Part shown: positions 53,335 to 64,000 of the stretch, one piece after another | How the letters are laid out: every line of letters begins with the position of its first letter | Numbering within the stretch: the first letter of the stretch is position 1 | From: Eledone cirrhosa | Taxonomy: Eukaryota | Direction of reading: 5' to 3' | Assembly: GCA_964016885.1 (NCBI GenBank) | Contig: OZ024743.1 | Location: 8,060,001-8,124,000 of the forward strand | Length of the DNA: 64,000 nucleotides | Translations under genes and position numbers: made by a program | Notes under the pieces: generated by a model | What the model was told of the DNA's origin: nothing | Database searches by the model: none | What the model saw: only the letters and a program-made list of their open reading frames with translations

Positions 53335-53660
53335 TTTGATTCGTTTCAATCAAACGGCCTTACTATACTAAGCTGTGCCTTGATCACTAATCGTCATCCG
53401 TTTGTTCAACAATAGCATCAAGGAACAATCAACATGTTTCTGGGTCATTACCCTTCATCAGGACTGTATACCTCTCTGCTACTCGATTGAACTGTTAAAA
53501 ATATGTAGTATTTTCTAAAGTATAAATCGACTGATAAAGGGTAATGACCCAGAAACATGTTGATTGTTCCTCGATGCTACTGTTGAACAAACGGATGACG
53601 ATTAATCATCAAGGCTCAGCACAGTATAGTAAGGTCGTTTGTTTGCAAACGAATCGAATG
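53335..53660. mobile_element. Fold-back insertion with a hammerhead motif in each arm
   Basis: Arms about 53335-53461 / 53531-53660. Confidence 0.75.
53426..53466 (-). ncRNA. Minimal type I hammerhead ribozyme motif
   Basis: Minus strand: caguc CUGAUGA a gggu-aaug-accc a GAAA caug UU gauug, with palindromic ACAUGU stem III. The mirror copy at about 53531-53566 (+) has CUGAUAA. Confidence 0.75.
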
Positions 53661-53843
53661 TTCCGCCGAGGTTAACTTTGCCTTTCATCCTTACGGGGTC
53701 GATAAAATAAAGTACCAGTAATACACTGGGATAATTGCTGGCCTTGTGCCTATATAAGAAACCATTATTATTATTCGATGAACCTATACTTATATTTATG
53801 TAATCCACTATGCTAGAGCGAAAAACCAAATTTTAATTTTGTT

Positions 53844-53876
<33 letters not shown>

Positions 53877-54849
53877 TTATTAAATAACAGATTAAAGTTT
53901 AAGCAAAGAATCGCTGCTTTCACCCTTAACGGGATCTTCTGAAACTAACAAAGTCAATCTGTAAACGCAGAACTGGATATTTCAAAAAACGTTGCAACCG
54001 GAGGAAGACACGGGTATGTTCTTTGTAGAAATATTCAGATGTTGTTTCTGCATGATGAATATAAGTCAGTAGAGTGCTCAACCGAGGGAGCCAAATAGTA
54101 ATAATAATAAATTTGAAGACTTAGTTGTCCACTCGATGTTAATGTAATAAGTAAAGTACAAGAAAAGGCGGATTTGGGAATACCCTGTATATCATCTTCA
54201 ATAATTGATGATCAATTTGCAGAACGAGTACCCAAGACATATGTTCAGTTTAACACCTATTTTTATCGGAGCTACAGGACATATACCTACCCGCTTGAAA
54301 TAAAATAAGACTGAACTTGGATTTGTGGAGAAAAAACGCAACTCTTTAATTCATAAGCTATAAATGGTCGCAATGTCTAGAACCTTCGAAATCTATAAAA
54401 CGTTCTTACGATTCAAAGGATGAAACATTGCAAAAAAGACGACGAAAATTTAATTTTCTTTACAACCTTGCTCCTGAGAAGGTGACCAGCCAAAAATGAC
54501 TATACAATGACTCAAAACGTATTCGAGATCAGTTTTATTTGTGTCACCCTGCATATACGCATTTCTGTACATATATACATATATATATAGAGAGAGAGAG
54601 AGTCAGGTAAGATCGAAACAGATCGAACCTTGAGCTGATCAGTGGCGAAACGCGCGTCACCTACCAATAAATGTAATGAAGGAGTAACCAATCGTCCTTG
54701 ATATCCTTTCAATATATTACACTCTGTATAGCTCTACACCTCAACACAGAAGTGAACCTAAACATCAATTGCTCTCCCGAGTGAACCTGCAGTAACTCCC
54801 TATATATCTATATATCTATATATATATATATATATAGATACTATATGTG

Positions 54850-54922
<73 letters not shown>

Positions 54923-54928
54923 GGTGTC

Positions 54929-54960
<32 letters not shown>

Positions 54961-55444
54961 CCACCGTCATTTGACATAACTAGAACGTGAACAAATTTTA
55001 ACCAAACCCACGGTACACGCGAATTCAAGAAAACGCAAACTAAACAAATACATATATGCATGAATATACACACACATAGAAACGCATGCCCAGACGTACG
55101 CACTTCTGCATACTTCAATGCACATATATATATTCACACTCTGTCTGCTTGCCCCTGCGTCACTCTCCCTTTCCTATTGTTCTTCTTTCCTTTTTTCTGT
55201 ATCTAACCTTGCCTTGTATTGTATTGATTCACAATTATATCAATGTAAATATACACAGCGTTTACGTAAAACACACACAGCGTTTACGTAAAACACATAC
55301 ACACACACAATATATATATATATATATCAGGATTAAACCAGTATTAAACTAGTTAGACCATTATTCCTCAGAGTACTCGATACTTGGGATAGTAGAGTGT
55401 GACCATATTAGAAAGAATCGGGCCGGACGGCTGAGCCTTTGCCG

Positions 55445-55490
<46 letters not shown>

Positions 55491-55751
55491 CGTGTATCCC
55501 GGGTTCAATCGGAGGTTTATGTGTGCACATATATATATATATATATAGTTATACTTGGGGAGGGTCATATTTGTGTAATATTGCCAGAATTAATAAGAGA
55601 ACACACTCATTGTTTGGTTGGTTTTCGCTTTTCGCTTCTGTGTCTTTCATATCGGTAATCTAACTTACTCGGTCCTCAATGTTGCCATTGACTGACCGAC
55701 GGTCAAAAATAATACAGATACAATATAGACACAAACACATATATATAGTTT

Positions 55752-55793
55752 ATCATAAATCTTTCGTTGCATATCTGCAACATCGTCAGTGGT
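55752..55793 (-). ncRNA. Minimal type I hammerhead ribozyme motif in the PLE 3' region
   Basis: Minus strand: acca CUGACGA u guugca-gaua-ugcaac GAAA gauu UA ugau. Intact core, 6-bp stem II, one mismatch in stem I. Confidence 0.7.
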
Positions 55794-56032
55794 GCTATAT
55801 TTTCCTCCTGTTGTATTGTATGTCTACGCCATTTTTATTCAGTCTGTCTATATATTTATTTATTTATTTGCTTGTTTGTTTATTTTATTTTGTCTTCTTT
55901 GCGCATGCGTTTGCGTGTGTGTATAGTGTTATGTTTGCTGTGTGATGGGTGACTAGTGTGTGTTTATGTGCTTGTTGTTATTGTGCTTGTGTATGTATTT
56001 ATTTATTTATTTATTTTATTTTATTTACTTAT

Positions 56033-57390
56033 TTATACTTCTCTTAGGTCAGTGTTGTTTGTTTGGGTGTTGTTGTTATTCCATTCATTCTTTCTGTTTA
56101 GTCTTGGTCTTCTAATTTCTATTTCACTGACCTCTCTGATTTGCCTATCTGCTGGGTCATTTCTATGTTTAGATATTATTCTAATTTCTATGTTGTCTAT
56201 GTTACCGTCATGTTGTTGTCTAGCATGTTCGTATAGTACTGACCCGTTTTTTCGTCCTTTTAGTTCCCCCCAGTGTTGGTCTATCCTTTCACCTATGCTA
56301 AGAGCTGTCTCACCTATGTATGTTGTTGTCATGTTTCTGCAAGTACCCTCTGTACATCTTATGCTATAGACTACGTTTCTAGTTTTACAGTTTATCCGGG
56401 GGTTCACCTTACATATGATACATTTCCTATTGGTACAGTGGGTTTTCTTAAAAGGGTAGGTTTTGCTGATCAGGGATTTTATGGTGGTTCCTGGCTTTTC
56501 TACCACCTTTATTTTTAAGTGGGTCTTTCTCAGGCCTTTCTACACTGGTTAGCTAATTTCCCTCCAGGGGTAGCGTCCACAAACATGACACTCTGGTATC
56601 TCTGGTTGTCGTACCATGAGGTGGTTTTCCCTATCTTATGTCTAACCCTATCTAAGCTATTCCATGATTTGCTACTGTATAATGGGCAAATTCCTTTCAT
56701 GTCCAGTTCTATGAGGTTCTTATACTTCTCCATGGCTCCTTCGTATACTCTGACTCTGTCTCTTTGGTTGTAGCCAGAGAACTGCATGCGGTTGATGAAG
56801 TGTTGGATGTGTCTTTCCATTTCTGTTGGGTCGCACATGCGGGACACATTCTTCATCACTCGTACCAAATCTGCGATCAGAATATTAAACTTAGCACTAC
56901 TGGACATTGCTGAGTTTTTGAGTATCAGGTATTTGGAGGCCATGGGTTTAGCATAGTGTGAGTGGAGAATTTGGGCTCTCTCGTCTATAGTGTTAATCCA
57001 GAGTTCTGTGTCTAATACAGGTAGTCTATTGTTAGCGTGTTTGGAAGGGAAGTCGATAGTTACAGTTATACTCTGGTGTATGGAATTAGCTATCTTCTGG
57101 ATGCTTTCCATCGTGCTACGTTCTAAATCAAACTTGTTAGTGCTCTCTAGTGGGGGTGTTCTTATAACTATATTGATATCGTCTACATAACGAGAGTACA
57201 TGATGAGGTCTATGGAACTCTCATTAAGGAGATCTTTAAGTCTCCTTTCCCACCATACCATGAAAAGGTTGGCAACATCACCAGCTATGCTGACGCCGAT
57301 GGCTGCTCCCTCATTTTGGGTGTAGATCTTCTCGTTGAACTTAAATATGTGGCCCTTTAGGGTAGTTTTGATACTAGCCCCTATTGCAAG
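56033..57390 (-). pseudogene. PLE reverse transcriptase + Cys-rich linker + GIY-YIG endonuclease, one frameshift near 56532
   Basis: RT motifs 'YTQNEGAAIGVSIAG', 'YSRYVDDI', 'LPVLDTEL'; linker 'HCTNRKCIIC..C'; endonuclease 'NVVYSIRC...YIGET...RIDQH...LYEHARQQH...LNRKNEW'. Restoring one base gives continuous ...CRKALRKTHLKIKVVEKPG. Confidence 0.9.
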
Positions 57391-57455
57391 TATAACAATA
57401 TTTGTTTCGACACACGATTTCATATAAAAAGCCTCGCAAAACTAATTCATCGCCG

Positions 57456-57522
<67 letters not shown>

Positions 57523-57864
57523 GAAACTGGAAACGATATAGTCTTATGTATGCAATAGTGATTCTATATATGTGTATTCATTAACTCTTTATGCGCATTC
57601 CTTTTTGCTTGTATGTATGTATGTGTGTATATATATTCAAGTGTATGTGTATGTATTTATGTATATATATAATAAACTTGCTTATATACTTGTATATCTT
57701 TATATACATGTATTTTTCTATGCATGCGTGTTTGGTGTTTTGTATGTGAGTATGCGTATAAGTTGTGTATTTTGTGTGAGCTGTGTTTGTACTTGTCTTT
57801 GTATGTATGTCTTTGTCTCTCTTTCATTCTCACACAGACAGACAGACACACAAACACACACACA

Positions 57865-57947
<83 letters not shown>

Positions 57948-58004
57948 TCTCTCTCGATCTCTCCCTCTGTGCGTGTGATTGTGTGTCTAACGAAGACAAC
58001 TTCT

Positions 58005-58563
58005 TCACATTTCTTCCCTTGAAAAACCATATAATAAAAAAAATTGAATCATTGGCATAAATAATAACGAGTCACAGCAAATAAACCAGCACCAACATAA
58101 CATAGCTTTTGAAATACTTCACTTTATATCTCTCCTTTATTCCTTCCTCAACCCCCTTTCATTTTTTTTTTTTTTTTTTTTTTTGCTTTTTATCCAATGC
58201 CAAATTACTCTTTCTTCTCGCCAGCTCGTTTAGTGTTGAAACCTTGAAGTGGGTCTTTGAGCCTTACTTGACTTTTTCTGATTAAAACAGGAAAATAAAT
58301 AAATAAACATGATAACAGATTTTTCTTTTGATCTTTAATGTTTGGCGAATTAATAAAATTCTGTCAATATTTTTCACAATTTTCACAGTACCATTACTCA
58401 TGTGAATGGTGAATCAGACACTGCGTGGCGCTAGTCATATCGGGCACGCAGCCCTTCCCGCAATTTTCAAAGGAAGCAGTGTATGAGGAATCGTAGTCGG
58501 AGCATGTTTCTGGTGACTCAGTTTTTACCATTGAAACATTGGGGAAAAGGAGGATTTTTTCGG
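58005..58563 (-). CDS. Candidate last coding exons of an unidentified gene (58563-58398, 58277-58209, 58017-58005)
   Basis: AG/GT boundaries with matching phases give an open peptide ending ...RAGEKKEEEM*; no recognisable domain. Confidence 0.35.
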
Positions 58564-61500
58564 CTAAACATATCGAAAACACATGATCAAGCAGAAAGAA
58601 AATGTTCTGAAGAAATAGAGACAGTGAATGAATGACTTGAAAGGTAAAACAGAGAAAGCAAAAATAATGTAGAATAATAAATTTTATATAGATGTAAAGA
58701 AAGAAAACAATGGTAAATGCAGATAAAATAACATTTCAGGAACTTTGAAGACAGGTTAAAAAGAAGCCAATGGAAAACAAGAAATATTAATAGAATAAAC
58801 ATCTTTGATTAAGAAAATTAAGGCGGGAAAACATATAAAGGAAGAATCTGAATAAAGCCATAGAATGTTCGATATTACAAGCGAGAAGGGAAATAATATA
58901 CTGGTGGAAGAGATTACAGTTTAAAGTCTGTAGAACTCCCGAAGAGTCAATGATATTAGATATTTTCCCCTCTTCTGCAACTTTGAATAAAAGAATCTCA
59001 ATAACAGAATCTCACTACAAATGCATGATTAGAAGGCTTTTCTGATTCGTCAAGATCAGTTGCATGTAAACAACTTTAGTATTTTAGCAAATGAAGTGAA
59101 GAGTGACAGTAGTGGTTTATTAGTATTAATAACTTATTACGGGTGATCGTGTAGACAGGAACGCTAAGGCACCGGATTAAATACATTTCATCATTTATTC
59201 CCGTTTTTTTAAGTTCTGAGCTCAAATAGCTTTTGAATTGACTTTTCATTTCATTTCTTCGTATTAAAAAGATGCATTTCTAATAACATTTGAACCTTTG
59301 TATCAAGTAATAGTTAAATAGATTCGAACAAAACAAAATAACTAATTTGAAACACAGTGCATTTTTTACTATCTTAATTAGATAATTGAGGCAGCGAATT
59401 GGCAGAATGGTTAGAAGGTCAGATAGAACGTATTATGATATTCGTTCCGGCTATCTGTTCTCTGAGTTCAAATCCAGCCGAGGTCAACTTTGTCTTTCAT
59501 CCTTTTGAGGTTGATAAAAAAGTACCAGTCTAGTACTGGGGTCAATTCTCCCTCTATATCTCTTTCTCATTTCCTCTCCCTACCTTTCTATCTTTCTCTG
59601 GAAGAAATCTGCTGGACTCAGGCCTGGAGAGGGACGGGCTCCGCCAGGCTTAAAATGCCCAAGATGCCGTATGTCAATACGGCGTACCTACAACTCTATC
59701 AGGAGTTACGGGACGATACAGACATTTAGTAATTATACTACAACTCATTTTCAAAGCAGTTCCAAATTTTAATGGATTGAATTAATTAAAGACTAATCTA
59801 CATTAGAGAATTTTAACGACGTTAAACATAATTAACACATTTAAAGATGAAATCTTCGCTAATGATTTAAATTATATATTTCTATGGAAATTTTATCTAA
59901 ATTATAATTTGATTCTGGGCAATAGAGCATAGTGAAATAAAATACATGTATTATGTTTGTTTAGCTATTTTAAAAACTAATGCTGGGAAATCAGAAAATT
60001 TCATAAGCAATTAATGTTTAAAATTCTGCTCAGTTGAGACACTAAAAATAAATCTTGCTAACTATATATCGTATAGTGGTAGCCTATACATGGTCGCTAA
60101 ACTTGCTAGAAATAACAGCTAAATCTTCAAAATTAATCATACCGTTTTAAATAAGGAAACAGCATTTTGAATACTGATTTCTAGTATAGGCACATAGCTA
60201 GTAATTTGGGGAGAGGGGAAAGTCGATTAAACCGACTGGTGCTTTATTTTATCGACCCCTTAAGGATGAAAGGCAAAGTTAACCTAGGCGGGATTTGAAC
60301 TCAGACCGCAAAAGGCTGTAACTCTATGCTGCAAAGCATGGTGTCCGGCTCTCTACCGATTGTCGCCCTAGATATACTTCTATACGATGTGGTGGTCATG
60401 GCTGGAATGTTTTTTATCAAAGATTTGCGCGTTCAGAATTGTCCTCTGTATTCACAACAACCTATCGTACTCTCTAAGCAATTGGGGAGCTTCTATGTGG
60501 AAGCTTTATTGAAAATAGCCGTCAAATCTCTCTAAAGACACATCTATTGTCTTTAGAAAGGAAGGAAACATTTCAAAATGATGTCTCGGATGTGCTGTGT
60601 CTGAAAACAAAGTGGGATGGTGATGGCTAGAAATCATTTGAGTATAAATGTTTTCGATAAAAACTGACTTAGTGTTATGCAACATTAGATATTAAACATC
60701 ATTAAGGATTAAACATCAAACATCATTATGCATCTATTAAACTTTCTATAATTCTATGAAATACGCATTCAATTTTAATTTTCTTATTCAGTGAAAAATT
60801 ATGATCTAGTCAATGTCCCTGTAGATTAAACATCTACAAGCTTTGTCGCTGAGAATAAAGTTAAATATTTTAGAAACTGCATAAAATCGGTAGCGTAGAG
60901 GCAGGTACGGTTGAGTGCTTAAGAAATTCGGTTCGTAATTACGAGGACTCGAGTTCGATTCCATTACGTGACATCTCGGGTTGACCGAAGCCTTGTGAGT
61001 GAAATTTGGATAGATAGAAAGAAGCGCTCGTCTGATCAATTGTACCTGTAATGCAAAGTTGTTTCAAGTTGTGTCACGATGATGCAGCGTGGGAATTATG
61101 TTAAGAGTACACATGTCTTTGGAATACTCGACCACTTGTTAATTCATGGGATGGACTTTTAACTGATCGCACTCATCATATGTGTCGAGAATACAAAATC
61201 TCCCAATCAACTTGTTATTTGCAGCACATTTCTTGAGTGATGCACATTACCAATTTTATAAGCTGAGATAGAGAAACAAATCCTAAACCCCTCGCTTGAT
61301 TTCTATCACAGATCTACCAAACAAAACCTTTTATTCTCGCTGTGTTGACTATTTGCGTCCTGCCAAGGGGGAAGTCTTGTACTCTCAGTCGCTTCACGCC
61401 ATGAAACCAGGATAAGTACCGGCCTAACATCCTTCTGGCTTAAGACAGACTTTAGACTTTAGGAATTATACTTTCAGAAACTTAGGTCTCGAAATATTAA

Positions 61501-62259
61501 ACTGAAACCAATGTTTGAAGTCTGGAAGGCAAATGAGGACATTACAATTCTTTATACACACAGTCATACACACTTTTACAGTATATTTAATGACGTTCTG
61601 ACCAGTTAATTGTTTTAACACTGTTCATGTTCTCCCGAAAATATCGACCTCAGGGTACTGAAGCTTGGCATCAACCGCCTTAATCATATTCAGTCTGGGA
61701 GGACTTAAAAAGTGTTATATCATTTTCCTTCTCCTCTAACTTATTTAAAAATTGGATATCACATAAGAGTTAACTTTTGATAAACATTAATACCCAGCAG
61801 CAAATAACATTAGTGGATTTTATTTAACTACATTTTTATAACTATATTTATAATAATTATTCACATAATAATAGTATCGACTTGAAGCGTTTAACCAATA
61901 ATTGCAGACATAGAGTCAGACACGAAGATTGTATTAAACGGCGAGACATGAAAATGTTTCGTGGTTCCGGCAGACAAAAGAGCGAATGCATTACCTCGAA
62001 GAATGGTAATAGCATTTGTTTTTGTGTTTCTATTTACAACACTTATTTCTGTATGTCACAGTTGCCTTAGCTGATGGATTTTTCTAGATAATCAGTGAAA
62101 AGAATTACTGTCGGATAAATTTAAACACAGAAGTTGTATGTACGAGTACATTAATATTTGTATTTAGACACACTTTTACATCAATCTACCACCTTACTCT
62201 TCACCCCCGACACTGTTGTCCGACCCACACGGTTTTTGACACATTAACAAGTCTTTTAA

Positions 62260-62560
62260 CATACAGCTAAATTTGAAGTGCCCGCTGAGTTCCTTAGCTG
62301 TAATAGTAGTGTTAGTTTCAACAGCAGCAGTCAGTGCCTCAGAATCAAGTCCTTTCGGGTGATCTTCTGAAACAGGAAAAGCATCTCTATGTTATTTCAC
62401 ACTCTACTCCATCACTCTATGTTCTCTCGTTGGATTTTGCTGCAGCATTTGCATTATTCTTTCTATGAAATTCATGACAAACGTGTTTTTACTTAGAGAA
62501 AACCTGAAACCGATTTGGAAGGTTTTGCTTTAAATAATTTTCACAGAATCTGAAATAGAA
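62260..62560 (-). mobile_element. Decayed mariner transposase N-terminal remnant
   Basis: HEFHRKNNANAAAK and HPKGLDSEALTAAVETNTTITAKELSGHF resemble mariner HTH regions. Confidence 0.5.
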
Positions 62561-62604
62561 TGTGATATATTATTCATCGGACATCGGCAGATGTGGGTTA
62601 GATG

Positions 62605-62695
<91 letters not shown>

Positions 62696-62702
<7 letters not shown>

Positions 62703-62904
62703 ATCAAAAGATGGTTAAAAGAGTTCCATGTATTTTATTATCCCATGATGATATTTGTTTTTGAAATGCGCATAATAAAATACATGGAACTCTTTTAACC
62801 ATCTTTTGATCTTATATTATTTATACTCCAGTCTTATAAACTGTTGAGTGCTACTTATCCGATATTTGCATTGCTTTATTGCGCTACAATAAAACTCACC
62901 TCCT

Positions 62905-62905
<1 letters not shown>
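62696..62905. mobile_element. Fold-back insertion in (TA)n
   Basis: About 45-bp arms 62696-62741 / 62773-62817; spacer with degenerate TGATGA...GAAA; overhang with TTGAGTGCT. Confidence 0.7.
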
Positions 62906-62982
<77 letters not shown>

Positions 62983-63154
62983 AAGAGGGAGTATCAAGAT
63001 ACCAGGTGGACCATAACGCGCCAGAGTACTCAATACTTAAGGAAGTAGAGTGGGTAATAGGAAAAGATCCGAACTAGATTCGGATCTAGCTGTCGAAACG
63101 ACCGAAGCTCAACCGTCGGGGTCCTGACTCTTTCCCCATATATATATATATGTA

Positions 63155-63679
<525 letters not shown>

Positions 63680-63681
63680 AT

Positions 63682-63724
<43 letters not shown>

Positions 63725-64000
63725 ACTGGAAGGTAATATCCGTAGTGGTAGAGCACTCAGTCCATGGGACGAGTTAGGTAGAAGTTCATAATGGTCATGG
63801 TTATACGGAATAGGAAGGACAACCGTATGAACGCGTATGCGCAGAAACGGTCACTTCATCCAAGCAATATAAAACCACGGGCGAGAGGTGTAAGGGAGAT
63901 AACTGCGAAAGCCCAAAATTAGTTCTAGATGGTAAGAAAATTAGGATGTTGTGATTCAATCCGGAGCTTTGTAGTTATGTAAGAGGTGTTTCCAGACATG

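Larger units (their letters stand above)
55548..57456 (-). mobile_element. Penelope-like retroelement, 5'-truncated, with inverted terminal fragment, inserted in (TA)n
   Basis: RT followed by GIY-YIG endonuclease; about 480-nt 3' region with a hammerhead motif; (TA)n on both sides; 57387-57396 CAAGTATAAC is the inverted copy of 55548-55557. Confidence 0.92.

Noticed and set aside
54610-54665. CTGATCA...GAAA motif (homologue at about 733-785, -) as a hammerhead
   Set aside because: Core deviates at a conserved position and stems I and II are not evident; probably a PLE-related fragment but unsupported as a ribozyme.
56507-56535. TGA between the RT and GIY-YIG ORFs as selenocysteine or read-through, as in some Naiad PLEs
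   Set aside because: The two ORFs are in different frames; a 1-bp deletion explains it, and the domain order is RT then endonuclease, not the Naiad order.
57391-57423. Start codon and N-terminus MKSCVETNIV of the RT ORF
   Set aside because: Derived from the inverted terminal fragment, not genuine coding sequence.
62266-62367. Apparent minus-strand host exon with good splice sites
   Set aside because: The peptide looks like a mariner helix-turn-helix remnant.

Overview
AT-rich, microsatellite-dense eukaryotic DNA. The repeat families suggest an octopus-like cephalopod genome (inference). One clear protein gene is present: an F-box/LRR gene of the FBXL14/Partner-of-paired family (22066-24066, +). 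The rest is mostly mobile DNA: tRNA-type SINEs (about 18 copies of one family, plus CORE-type and RTE-tailed SINEs), 5'-truncated RTE LINEs, a decayed HERO-like retrotransposon, a Helitron, mariner/Tc2/hAT/piggyBac-type DNA elements and a frameshifted Penelope-like element (PLE; RT + GIY-YIG, 55548-57456, -). The most striking signal is at least 8 short fold-back insertions, most in (TA)n tracts with a 35-90 nt unpaired overhang. Several contain complete or partial minimal type I hammerhead ribozyme motifs. One family shares its termini, overhang and ribozyme position with the coding PLE, so these palindromes look like truncated, inverted PLE insertions. PLE hammerheads are known; novelty would lie in these families and their density. 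Weaker inferences are phase-compatible downstream exons that could extend FBXL14 over an 18-kb domain, and candidate 3' exons of an unknown minus-strand gene near 58-59 kb. All alignments and folds were done by eye; boundaries of old repeats are approximate.
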